Origin: Myxococcales bacterium
Lineage (GTDB): Bacteria; Myxococcota_A; Polyangia; Polyangiales; DASUME01
Assembly: GCA_047601445.1 (NCBI GenBank)
Contig: JASGJH010000001.1
Span: forward strand, 3,712,001-3,776,000
Direction of reading: 5' to 3'
Length of the DNA: 64,000 bases
Positions 21,442 through 29,917 of the stretch are shown piece after piece. The number at the start of each line of letters is the position of its first letter. Position 1 is the first letter of the stretch. The notes beneath the pieces are model-generated. The model saw nothing but the letters and a program-made list of their open reading frames with translations, did no database searches and was not told where the DNA came from. A program made the position numbers and the translations under genes.

Positions 21442-22467
21442 TCACCAGGCGCCATCAATGTTCTTGATGAACTCGTACGGATAGCCGAGTTCGATGGCGC
21501 TCACGTTGTCGAGCTTGGCCAGCGCCTGCGCGGGGAGCTCGAGCTCACCCGCCGCCAGGTTCTCCTCGAGCTGCGCCACCGTGCGTGCGCCGAAGATCAC
21601 CGAGCACACCGCGGGACGCGACAACAGCCACGCTAGCGCCACCTGACTCGGTGCCTTGTCGACCTCCTTCGAGACCTCGAGCAGCGCCTCCACGATGGCC
21701 CAATTGCGCGGCGTGTCGAAGCCCTTGTAGCGGTCCTGCCACTTGGCGAGCCGCGAGCCTTCGGGTGCCGCTTGCCCCCGCCGATACTTGCCGGTGAGCA
21801 GGCCGGAAGCCAGCGGAGACCAGGGCAAGATGCCGAGCCCGAACTTGTGGCACAGCGGCACGTGCTCACGCTCGAGGGCGCGCGTGGCGAGGCTGTATTG
21901 AGCTTGCAGCGTGACGAAGCGATTGAGCCCACGCTTGTCGGCCACCCAGAGCGACTCCATGAGGCGATAGGCGGCGTAGTTGGAGGCGCCGAAGTAGACG
22001 ATCTTGCCGGCTCGGGTAGCGTCGTCGAGCGCGCGCAGCAGCTCCTCCTCGGGCGTGCGCAGGTCCTGCATGTGGATTTGATAGAGGTCGATGCGATCGG
22101 TCCCCAGGCGTGCGAGGCTCGCATCGATGGCGCGCGTGATGCGCATGCGCGATGCGCCCGTCCCGTTCGGACCAGGCGCCATGCGGAAGCGGCCCTTGGT
22201 GGCCACCACCACGCGCTCGCGCGCTTTACGCGCCGCGAGCCAGCGCCCGAAGACGCGCTCGGACAGACCGTCCTGGCCGTAGACGTCGGCTGTGTCGACG
22301 AAATTGATGCCTGCGTCGAGCGCTCGATCGAGGACCGCGAAGCTCTCCGCTTCGTCGGAGCCCACCTTGTGCATGAAGGACTTCTCGTCCGCCTCGCCGA
22401 ACGTCATGGCGCCCAGGCAGAGCACGGAGACTTGCGTACCGGTTTGACCAAGTTGGCGATATTTCAT
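21442..22467 (-). CDS. aldo/keto reductase
   Basis: CLGAMTFG; FVDTADVY; VATK; IDLYQIH; PWSPLASG. Confidence 0.95.
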   Translation of the reverse strand: MKYRQLGQTGTQVSVLCLGAMTFGEADEKSFMHKVGSDEAESFAVLDRALDAGINFVDTADVYGQDGLSERVFGRWLAARKARERVVVATKGRFRMAPGPNGTGASRMRITRAIDASLARLGTDRIDLYQIHMQDLRTPEEELLRALDDATRAGKIVYFGASNYAAYRLMESLWVADKRGLNRFVTLQAQYSLATRALEREHVPLCHKFGLGILPWSPLASGLLTGKYRRGQAAPEGSRLAKWQDRYKGFDTPRNWAIVEALLEVSKEVDKAPSQVALAWLLSRPAVCSVIFGARTVAQLEENLAAGELELPAQALAKLDNVSAIELGYPYEFIKNIDGAW

Positions 22468-22565
22468 CGCAGGAGCTTACCTCCGGCCGGGACGCTCGGC
22501 CCGCGACTCCGCACCGAGCTCGGCGCCTGCTAGAGTCGCTCGAACCACTGGCTCGAGGTGCAACG

Positions 22566-23090
22566 ATGGCGGTGTTCGTGGCGCTCCTGCGCGCCCTCAA
22601 TGTGGGCGGCAACATGCTCTCCATGGAAGATCTCGCGGCGTGTTGCGTGGAAGCGGGCTTTGGCGCGCCCAAGACCTACATCCGCAGCGGCAACGTGGTG
22701 TTCACGAGCAAGCTCGGCGAGGCCAAGGTAAAGGCCGCCCTGGAGCGCCAGCTCGCCGAGCACATGGGCAAGCCCATCGGCGTGCACGTGCGCACCGCGG
22801 ACGAGCTCGAACAGGCCCTCGAGCGCAATCCGTTCCGGGACGCGGCCCCTGCCCGCGTGGTGATCATGTTCATGGATCATCCCGTGCTCAAGAAGGCCAT
22901 CGGCGAGCTCAAGATCCCGGGCCGCGAGCAGGTCGAGACCCACGGGCGCGAGGTCTTCATTCACTACGTCGACGGGATCGGAGACTCGAAGCTCAAGCTA
23001 CCCTTCGCCAGCCAGGGCACGGGCCGCAACGTGAACACCACGGGCAAGCTGCTCAGCATGGCCCGCGCTCGCGAGCTCACCAAGGCCTGA
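22566..23090 (+). CDS. DUF1697 domain protein
   Basis: VALLRALNVGG; TYIRSGNVVF; TGRNVNT. Confidence 0.9.
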   Translation: MAVFVALLRALNVGGNMLSMEDLAACCVEAGFGAPKTYIRSGNVVFTSKLGEAKVKAALERQLAEHMGKPIGVHVRTADELEQALERNPFRDAAPARVVIMFMDHPVLKKAIGELKIPGREQVETHGREVFIHYVDGIGDSKLKLPFASQGTGRNVNTTGKLLSMARARELTKA

Positions 23091-23120
23091 CGCTCGCGCA
23101 AGCACGCGGAGAACGAGCGC

Positions 23121-24545
23121 TCACCAGGGCACGAGATCGGGCGCGTAGGCGTTGTTGCCGTAGGCCGCGCAGAACGCGGTCTCGTCTCCCTTGTACTTCG
23201 GATCGCCCTTGATCACCGCGGGTCGCACCGCGTCCCAGAGCTTGCCCGAGGGATTGGCGTTGTTGCGCAGCTCGAGCGAGATGCCCTGATCGATGGTGAG
23301 ATCCATGCCTACCACCACCATGTCGAGCCCGCGGTGCACCTGAATGACCTGCCCACCGAGTCCGATCGCCTGCCACACGCCGACGTCGAAGTCCTGCTCG
23401 CAGGAGCGCGCCACGCCGTAGAGGCAATCGGGTGCCTCGCCGTGCGGATAGGCGTTCCACAGCGACACGGGCGCACAGGGACCGGGGTTGATCGCTCCGA
23501 GACCGGCCAGGTCGGGCACCGGCGTGCCGTCGGGAAGCTCCGTGAGACCGATGTGCCAGCCAGCGGTGGCGTTGAGCCAGGTGAGATAGCCGTAGCCGGT
23601 GTTGGCGTCTTCGAAGGAGGGATGACTCATGCGGTAGATCCAATCGGATGCGAGCAGGCGCTCGTCTCCCCACTTGCCACCGCGCAACATCAGCTGCCCG
23701 ATCTTGCCCATGTCGAAGACATCGGACATCCAGCCGAAGCCGAGCACCTTCTTGGGATTGCCCGGGATCCAGAACGAGTTCGCCATGCCGAGCTTGTCGA
23801 ACAGAAACTTCTGCGCGAAGGCGTCCAGGTCGCCCAGCCGCTCGGCGTCCTGGGCGAGCGCCGCGTTCATCACGTCGGAGAGGGTGTTGATCTGCACGCT
23901 GCCCACGGTGTCGTAGGACATCTGGCGCTGGCCGTAGGCCAGGTTCGGGTTGTGGGCGATCATGGCGAGGACGTGCGCGATCAGCGCGTCCTTGTTGTAG
24001 GTGAAGCCCGTGATCCAGCGGTCCACGCGGTCTTGATCGCTGAGCGCCTTGGGTAGCTCCCGCGTCTCATAGGCGACCATGCCGAGCGTCAGGGCGCCGA
24101 GCGTCTTGGTGGCCGACCAGGCATTGCGCACCTCCATGCCCTCCGCCATGTAGTCGTGACAAAGCTTGCCATAGCGAAATACCGCCCAGGGCTTCGCGAG
24201 CATGGTGTCCGCTGCCGCTAGCGCCTCCGGATCGAGGCGGCACTTCTCCAGCACCTGCTCCTCGGGCACCTTCTCCCAGGGCATGGGTCCTGGACTCCAG
24301 GGCTTCTCGGGCATGCTGGCGTCAGCGCCCGCGTCATCCCCCGCGTCGCTGTCATCGCCGTGGTGGAGCGGTGGCTTCGGGCCCGCATCGCGCGGCGCCG
24401 CGTCCGCAGCGCTCGCGTCGTCGCCTGCGTCCTCGACGGTCGCATCCGCCTGTACATCACGGGCCCCCTTGCTCGAGCCGCCATCGCAAGCAGCCACACA
24501 TGTCACGACACCGGCAAGCACACACAGCGAGAGCGGTCGCGCCAT
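23121..24545 (-). CDS. serine hydrolase (beta-lactamase-like fold) lipoprotein
   Basis: Lipobox VAAC; SxxK motif WSATK; YGYLTW; GLGGQ. Confidence 0.75.
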   Translation of the reverse strand: MARPLSLCVLAGVVTCVAACDGGSSKGARDVQADATVEDAGDDASAADAAPRDAGPKPPLHHGDDSDAGDDAGADASMPEKPWSPGPMPWEKVPEEQVLEKCRLDPEALAAADTMLAKPWAVFRYGKLCHDYMAEGMEVRNAWSATKTLGALTLGMVAYETRELPKALSDQDRVDRWITGFTYNKDALIAHVLAMIAHNPNLAYGQRQMSYDTVGSVQINTLSDVMNAALAQDAERLGDLDAFAQKFLFDKLGMANSFWIPGNPKKVLGFGWMSDVFDMGKIGQLMLRGGKWGDERLLASDWIYRMSHPSFEDANTGYGYLTWLNATAGWHIGLTELPDGTPVPDLAGLGAINPGPCAPVSLWNAYPHGEAPDCLYGVARSCEQDFDVGVWQAIGLGGQVIQVHRGLDMVVVGMDLTIDQGISLELRNNANPSGKLWDAVRPAVIKGDPKYKGDETAFCAAYGNNAYAPDLVPW

Positions 24546-24631
24546 CAGGACTCCAGGGCGCCGACCGTAACACGGCGGGCTCCCGGCATCGTGTGACCTA
24601 AGGGGACGAATAATTTGGCATTGCAGTCTCC

Positions 24632-25087
24632 TCAATGCGGTCGGGCGCAGTAGGAGCCACCGTGCTCGAAGAGCTGCGTACACAGGTAGCCATCCGGACA
24701 CTCACAGCGACCGCTCTGGTCCTTGGGGCCGTCGCAGCGGCAGCTGCAATAGGAGCCCTGGTCGAGCTGGGCCTGCGTAAGGCAACCCGCCGGCTGCCCG
24801 TGCTCGTCGCACAGCACGTCCGGGTTTGCAGGGATCGCGCCGTTGGTGCCGTTGTCCAGGTTCTTCACGAGGCACGACTTCTCGCACTGACTCGACTTGC
24901 TATCGAGGTACGACTCGTGCAGGTCGAAGCCGCACACGCCGTTCGCACACGGCGCTTTGATGGTGCAGGGTGTACCAACGTCAGTCACTTTGTCGCACGC
25001 GCCCATCGACGCCATCAGCAGGGCCCAGCTCAGGCCGAGCAGCCGACGTCGGAGACTGCTCTCGAAGTTCGTCGTATCCTTGCTCAT
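24632..25087 (-). CDS. Cys-rich lipoprotein (CglC-like family, tentative)
   Basis: MGAC lipobox; VGTPC...SQCEKSCLV...YCSCRC...CECPDGYLC...GSYC. Confidence 0.55.
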   Translation of the reverse strand: MSKDTTNFESSLRRRLLGLSWALLMASMGACDKVTDVGTPCTIKAPCANGVCGFDLHESYLDSKSSQCEKSCLVKNLDNGTNGAIPANPDVLCDEHGQPAGCLTQAQLDQGSYCSCRCDGPKDQSGRCECPDGYLCTQLFEHGGSYCARPH

Positions 25088-25172
25088 GGTCGTGCGTCCT
25101 TTCGTGATCGCACAAGCACAGGGCCGCGCGAAAAACCAAACGGCTCATCGCATCACCCCCCTTGAGTTCTCG

Positions 25173-25595
25173 ATGCCCCAACGCAAGCAACCGCGCCGCG
25201 CCACAGTTTCACGCGTTGATCGTTCTCGATCGCGCGAGCTTGGAGCGCCGCGCAAGGCGCCTGAACTCGCCGCCGCGCAAGACACCATGAGCGCCATCTA
25301 CGAGGTCGTCCGCGCGATCCCACGCGGCAAGGTCGCCACCTACGGACAGATCGCGGAGCTCGCAGGCATCCCACGCGGTCATCGCATTGCGGCGCGCGCG
25401 CTGCGCGTGTGCCCGAGCAAGCTGCCGTGGCATCGCGTGGTCGGAAAGAAAGACGCGCGACGCGCGCAGATCAGCGTTCAGGATCCGGAACACGCTGCGC
25501 TGCAACGCAAGCGATTGCTCGGCGAGGGTGTTCGGTTCGATGAGAATGGTCTCATCTTGCTGCGTCACTCGGGTTGGTTGCCGCACGGCGCGTGA
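25173..25595 (+). CDS. alkyltransferase-like protein (ATL, MGMT family)
   Basis: IPRGKVATYGQIAELAG; PWHRVV with Trp in place of the MGMT active-site Cys. Confidence 0.88.
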   Translation: MPQRKQPRRATVSRVDRSRSRELGAPRKAPELAAAQDTMSAIYEVVRAIPRGKVATYGQIAELAGIPRGHRIAARALRVCPSKLPWHRVVGKKDARRAQISVQDPEHAALQRKRLLGEGVRFDENGLILLRHSGWLPHGA

Positions 25596-25757
25596 ACTCG
25601 CGCATGATCGCGCTTCGCGCGCGCACTACCCGATCGGGTAGTCTCGCTAAGAAATTCGAGAAAAACGCGGAGAATTCGGCGAATAAAACATGACAAGAGA
25701 GCACTGGAAAGCGAACACTTAGGACGTAAAGTTCAAGCAATCCGAAGAGAACTTGCA

Positions 25758-25781
25758 TGAACATTGTTCAAGGAATTCCTT
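25758..25781. promoter_or_regulatory. adjacent palindromes TGAACATTGTTCA and AAGGAATTCCTT, candidate TetR operator
   Basis: 6-1-6 and 12-bp palindromes overlapping a TTGCAT -35-like hexamer in the AT-rich region upstream of the TetR gene. Confidence 0.55.
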
Positions 25782-25821
25782 CGCTGCGGTCCTTTGGTTC
25801 ACAATCCCATCTCGGTAGCTT

Positions 25822-26553
25822 ATGAGCGAGATCAAGGAGCGCGAGCCAAGCCCGAGCGTGCTGGCAAAGCGTGCTGAAAAGAAAGAGAAGTATGTGTCCG
25901 CCGCGCGCGAACTCATCGGCCAACACGGGCTAGCCGAAGCGAGTGTCCACGGCCTCGCGCGCAAGCTTGGACTCTCACCAGCCGCTCTCTACTGGTACTT
26001 CCCGTCACGCGAAGCGCTGATCGGCGAAGTGCAGCGACGCGTGTTCGCAGAGCTCGCCCAGGAGTTCCACGCGCACGGCGCCAAGCTCGTGGCCGCCTGC
26101 AAGCAGCACGACTCGGATCCCGCCACGGCGAGTCTCACCGTGTTGTTGGGCTTAGCTCACTACTACCTCGGCATGCCCGAGCGAAATCCGGAGCAGGCCC
26201 GCGTCATCGGGTTCTCGCTCGATCCGCGCGTGTGGCTCGACGCCGAAGAGGGCGCGCTGTTTGCGCCAGTGTTGGTGAACCTGTTTCGCGAAGTAGCCAT
26301 CCCGTTCCAGCAAGCCGCCGATGCCGGCGCGCTGCAGCCTGGCCCCGCCAACACGCGCGCAGTGCAGTTCTGGGCGGCGCTCCAAGGCCTGATTCAGGCG
26401 GGTAAGCTCGGTCGATTGGCCCCCACCTTGTTCGAGTCCTACACGCTCGGCATGAACAGCGCCGAGACCTTGCTCGTGGGCTGGGGAGCGCAGCGCGAAG
26501 CCGTGATGCGCGCGCGCTCACTTTGGTCCGAGCTCACTCTAGCCTTGCGCTGA
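25822..26553 (+). CDS. TetR/AcrR-family transcriptional regulator
   Basis: SVHGLARKLGLSPAALYWYFPSREAL HTH. Confidence 0.88.
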   Translation: MSEIKEREPSPSVLAKRAEKKEKYVSAARELIGQHGLAEASVHGLARKLGLSPAALYWYFPSREALIGEVQRRVFAELAQEFHAHGAKLVAACKQHDSDPATASLTVLLGLAHYYLGMPERNPEQARVIGFSLDPRVWLDAEEGALFAPVLVNLFREVAIPFQQAADAGALQPGPANTRAVQFWAALQGLIQAGKLGRLAPTLFESYTLGMNSAETLLVGWGAQREAVMRARSLWSELTLALR

Positions 26554-27337
26554 CTCGGTCAGCCGCTGCTAGCTCGATCCACGCGGGCGCGTGATCGCTC
26601 GCGCCTTCGAGGGCGCGTTCGGCGTGTTCCACGCCACCCGACACCAGGCGCGGTGCGAGCGCGGGGCTCAGCAGGAAGTGATCGATGCGCAGGCCGTGCC
26701 CGCGCTCCCAGCCGAAGCGCTTGTAGTCCCAGAACGTGTAGAGGGGCTCGTCCGGGTGCAGCGAGTGCAACGCATCGGTGTAGCCCAGGTCGAGCAAGCG
26801 TCGAAAGCGCGCGCGGGGCTCGGGCTGTACGAGCGCATCGTTCCTCCACGACGACTTCGACGCGTACATATCACGCTCGGTGGGCACCACGTTGTAGTCG
26901 CCCGCCAACACCACGGGCACCTTGGCCGCGAGGAGCGCCTGCGCGTGCGCATGCAAGCGTTGCAACCAGGCGAGCTTGTAGTCGAAGCGCGGTCCAGGTT
27001 GAGGGTTGCCGTTGGGTGCGTAGAGACAGCCGATGAGCACACCGGCCACGGCGGCCTCGATGTAGCGTGGCTGCTTGTCTGAGGAGTCCCCGGGCAGCTC
27101 GCGACGCGTGATCAACGGTTCGCCGTCCCGCGTCAGCACGGCCACACCGTTGTAGGATCCCTCGGCCACCCAGGCTGCGCCGTAGCCAGCCTCACGGAGG
27201 GCGGCGCTGGGAAAGCGCTTCGCGTCCGTCTTGAGCTCCTGCAAGCAAACGACGTCGGGCGCCGTACGCTCGAGCCACGACAGGAGGAGCGGCAGGCGAT
27301 TCACGACGCCATTGATGTTGTAGGTGACGATCTTCAC
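26534..27337 (-). CDS. xth: exodeoxyribonuclease III
   Basis: TYNING; CLQELK; YAPNGNP; AGDYN; YTFWDY; RIDH; SDHAP. Confidence 0.95.
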   Translation of the reverse strand: MKIVTYNINGVVNRLPLLLSWLERTAPDVVCLQELKTDAKRFPSAALREAGYGAAWVAEGSYNGVAVLTRDGEPLITRRELPGDSSDKQPRYIEAAVAGVLIGCLYAPNGNPQPGPRFDYKLAWLQRLHAHAQALLAAKVPVVLAGDYNVVPTERDMYASKSSWRNDALVQPEPRARFRRLLDLGYTDALHSLHPDEPLYTFWDYKRFGWERGHGLRIDHFLLSPALAPRLVSGGVEHAERALEGASDHAPAWIELAAADRVSARLE

Positions 27338-27348
27338 GGCGCTCGGCT

Positions 27349-27696
27349 TCAGTCGGGCACCGCGGGAAGCGAGCCGTGGGCCGCCACCAGCTCCTCCGCC
27401 GTCAGGTTCCGCACGTCCGTCCAATAGCGGTGGGCCGCCACCAACTCTTCGTCCCAGTGCTCGAGGTCCCGGAACCCGGCCGGCAAGCCCGAGCTGCTGA
27501 TCACCACCGCCGAATAGTCGGGCTGCTGCGCGCGCCGCACGGGAGCGCGAGCCGCCTCGAGCAACGTCACGAACTCGGCCTCCGGACAACCACACAAGCG
27601 GCGCAGCTCTTCGAAGTCGACGATTTGGCCCGCGGAAGCGAAGGCCACCAGCATTCCCTGAAGGAAGGACACGCGGCGCGAATCGACGATGGTCAT
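27349..27696 (-). CDS. hypothetical protein
   Basis: 115-aa ORF with good codon bias directly upstream of xth. Confidence 0.6.
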   Translation of the reverse strand: MTIVDSRRVSFLQGMLVAFASAGQIVDFEELRRLCGCPEAEFVTLLEAARAPVRRAQQPDYSAVVISSSGLPAGFRDLEHWDEELVAAHRYWTDVRNLTAEELVAAHGSLPAVPD

Positions 27697-27742
27697 GGGC
27701 CCATGCTGGCAGAAGCCGCACGCGCAAGCCAGCGGAGCTGCC

Positions 27743-27910
27743 CTAGGGGTGTCCCCAATTCCGGTGCGCGTCAGGGCGCGGATTTCCGTCGCATCGCGAG
27801 CGCGCCCGCAGGCTCGACCTGAAGGTCGGGCCGAGGACGAACGCCGCGATGCGGCGGAAAGGCGCGACGCTGGCGTGCGCCGGAATTAGGGACGCCCCGA
27901 CGCCCCCTAG
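27743..27910. mobile_element. CTAG-bounded foldback element (MITE/REP-like)
   Basis: ~55-bp imperfect inverted arms (27746-27798 vs 27845-27898); central hairpin gctcgacc-tgaa-ggtcgggc; CTAG at both ends. Confidence 0.65.
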
Positions 27911-27912
27911 CC

Positions 27913-29037
27913 CTAGCCCGCGAAGTACCAGGAGCTGAAGAATACCGTGTGCAGCGCGAGGGAGACGCTGGTCGCGTAGATCACGAAGCGCTCCACCTGC
28001 GGATTTCGGGTGGCGTAGGTGAGCATCAAGTAGAGGGCGATCACGCTGGCCGAATAGCGCTCGATGGACGTGACTCGTCCGGAGCACAGCGGAACCAACA
28101 CGGAGAGCAGAGCGAACACGCTGTGCGCCAGGTCGAGCCGGTGCAGCGAGGCGGCCACCACCGCGAACATCACGATGACCGCGGTGTAGTCGAAGGTCAC
28201 TTGCACGCCGTGATCGAAGTTCCAACGACGCAGGTCCACCACCAGCGTCCAGAGCGGAAACATCGACTTGCGCCCCCAGAACTCCTGCACCTTGATGAAC
28301 GCCAGGGCATCGCCCACGGCCTGCTGCTGCATGAGCGCGACGGCGACCAACCCGAGTGGGATGATCAACAGGAAGAGCACGCGCGGTGAGAGTTCCCGCA
28401 AGCGATAGTGATGACGATGCAGGATGCCCACACCGAACGCCGGCACCAGCAGCACGCCGCTCAAGCGCGTGAACGCGGCCAGACAGCCGAACAGTGCCGC
28501 CGGCAGTAGCTGGTCACGCTCGTAGAAGTAGAAGGCCGCGCAGACCGCGAGGAAGAACGGAGCCTCGCTGTAGAAGGCGGAGAAGAAGAACGAGGCGGGG
28601 CACATGAGTACCCACAAGGGAACCCGGCGCGCCTCCTGCTCGTCGAAGTAATGGCGTGCGATCCCGTAGAGGAAGAACAGCGAGCCCACCAGGCACAGGT
28701 TCACGACGATGAGCCCTGCGACCCACACGTCACCCGTGAGGGGAGCAAACAGACGCGCCAGATACGGGAAGCCAGGAAAGAAGGCCACGTCGCTCTGGCC
28801 ACGCTCCAGGAAGTACCCCTGGGTGGCGATCTTCCAGTACCAGCCGGAGTCCCAGCGCGCGAAAGCGTCCCAGAACCGATGATCGGGGAAGGCCACGATG
28901 GCCTTGCGGCCACCCGTCTCCGGGATTCGCAAGCGCGTGGCGAACACCAGGGCAAACAACACGGCACGCCAGAGGACCACGGCCCCCACGAGATAGGCCG
29001 GCAAGCGCAGACGCGAAGGCAATCGCTCGAGCAACAC
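27913..29037 (-). CDS. GT-C membrane mannosyltransferase (PIG-V-like)
   Basis: RWDSGWYWKIATQGY; AFFPGFP; FFFSAFYSEAPF; TRLSG; about 10 TM helices. Confidence 0.85.
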   Translation of the reverse strand: MLLERLPSRLRLPAYLVGAVVLWRAVLFALVFATRLRIPETGGRKAIVAFPDHRFWDAFARWDSGWYWKIATQGYFLERGQSDVAFFPGFPYLARLFAPLTGDVWVAGLIVVNLCLVGSLFFLYGIARHYFDEQEARRVPLWVLMCPASFFFSAFYSEAPFFLAVCAAFYFYERDQLLPAALFGCLAAFTRLSGVLLVPAFGVGILHRHHYRLRELSPRVLFLLIIPLGLVAVALMQQQAVGDALAFIKVQEFWGRKSMFPLWTLVVDLRRWNFDHGVQVTFDYTAVIVMFAVVAASLHRLDLAHSVFALLSVLVPLCSGRVTSIERYSASVIALYLMLTYATRNPQVERFVIYATSVSLALHTVFFSSWYFAG

Positions 29038-29040
29038 GGG

Positions 29041-29229
29041 TTACTGCAACTTCCTGAGCAGGCCGAGCACCAGGGTCAGCCAGGGGACGAGCGCCAGGCA
29101 CAGGCAAATCATCGTGGATCGACGCGTGCGCTGCGAGAACAGGGGACGCACCGGTAGATCGAGCGACACGGGCGATGCGCTGGCAGGTGCTGTCAGCGTG
29201 GGGTTGGCCGGGGGCTCGGTTCCAGTCAT
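29041..29229 (-). CDS. small membrane-anchored hypothetical protein
   Basis: Pro-rich N-terminus plus one C-terminal TM; stops 3 nt before the mannosyltransferase start. Confidence 0.45.
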   Translation of the reverse strand: MTGTEPPANPTLTAPASASPVSLDLPVRPLFSQRTRRSTMICLCLALVPWLTLVLGLLRKLQ

Positions 29230-29424
29230 GGGGCGCAACTGTATCGGAAGGGCGATCACGCTGCCAGACACGCGCACGACTTCGCACGGGCAACCGAAGC
29301 AGCCGGCAACGGCCAGTCGCGACGCCACGTTGCGCGATTCACCCCGGTGTGTTGCGTGTGAGCCAGATCAGCATCTCGTCCGCGATCACGGCCAGCTTCG
29401 ACGCCGAAACCGGAAGCCGACGCG

Positions 29425-29440
29425 CGGCACGGCTTCTGCT
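29425..29440 (+). promoter_or_regulatory. sigma54-type -24/-12 promoter
   Basis: CGGCAC-GGCTT-CTGCT with correct GG-N10-GC spacing, ~90 nt upstream of the peptide gene. Confidence 0.55.
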
Positions 29441-29529
29441 CAAGGGGGGTGTGTCAACTCGTGCGGCGGCGCGATCCGACTTGCCGCCGCAGATGACGTG
29501 ATCGGTCTACGACGAACAGGGGGAACACC

Positions 29530-29748
29530 ATGCAGAAGCAAGATCAATTCGAGTCCGTTTCAGAGCACGCGCTGGATGCAGTCGCGGGCGGTCTACTGGG
29601 CAGCCTACTGGGCACCCTGACGGGCAGCCTCGGCGGCCTGGGCGGTCTGGGCGGCCTCGATAACGTGGGCGGGCTCGGCGGCCTGGACAGTGGCTTGGGC
29701 GGCGACCTCGTCGGCCAGCTGCTCGGCGCGTTCCCGCTGCCGCTCTGA
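29530..29748 (+). CDS. double-glycine-leader peptide (bacteriocin/RiPP precursor-like)
   Basis: AGGGGG RBS; leader ...VSEHALDAVAGG matches LSxxELxxIxGG; 51-aa Gly/Leu core. Confidence 0.7.
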   Translation: MQKQDQFESVSEHALDAVAGGLLGSLLGTLTGSLGGLGGLGGLDNVGGLGGLDSGLGGDLVGQLLGAFPLPL

Positions 29749-29764
29749 GCGAACCCAGCGACGT

Positions 29765-29805
29765 GCGCAGGCTCGAGGGGCGACCTCTGCTCCCCGAGCC
29801 TGCGC
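29765..29805 (+). terminator. GC-rich hairpin downstream of the peptide gene
   Basis: gcgcaggctcg / cgagcctgcgc 11-bp stem followed by a pyrimidine-rich tract. Confidence 0.45.
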
Positions 29806-29917
29806 GTGCTCTCTCTCGATTGGGCCCGCTGCGCCGAACGGCTGGCATGGCGCGCTTACGGAGCGCGAGCCCACGACGTGCCTCAGGCGATGACGCGGAG
29901 CGGCCGCCTCGCGCGCT

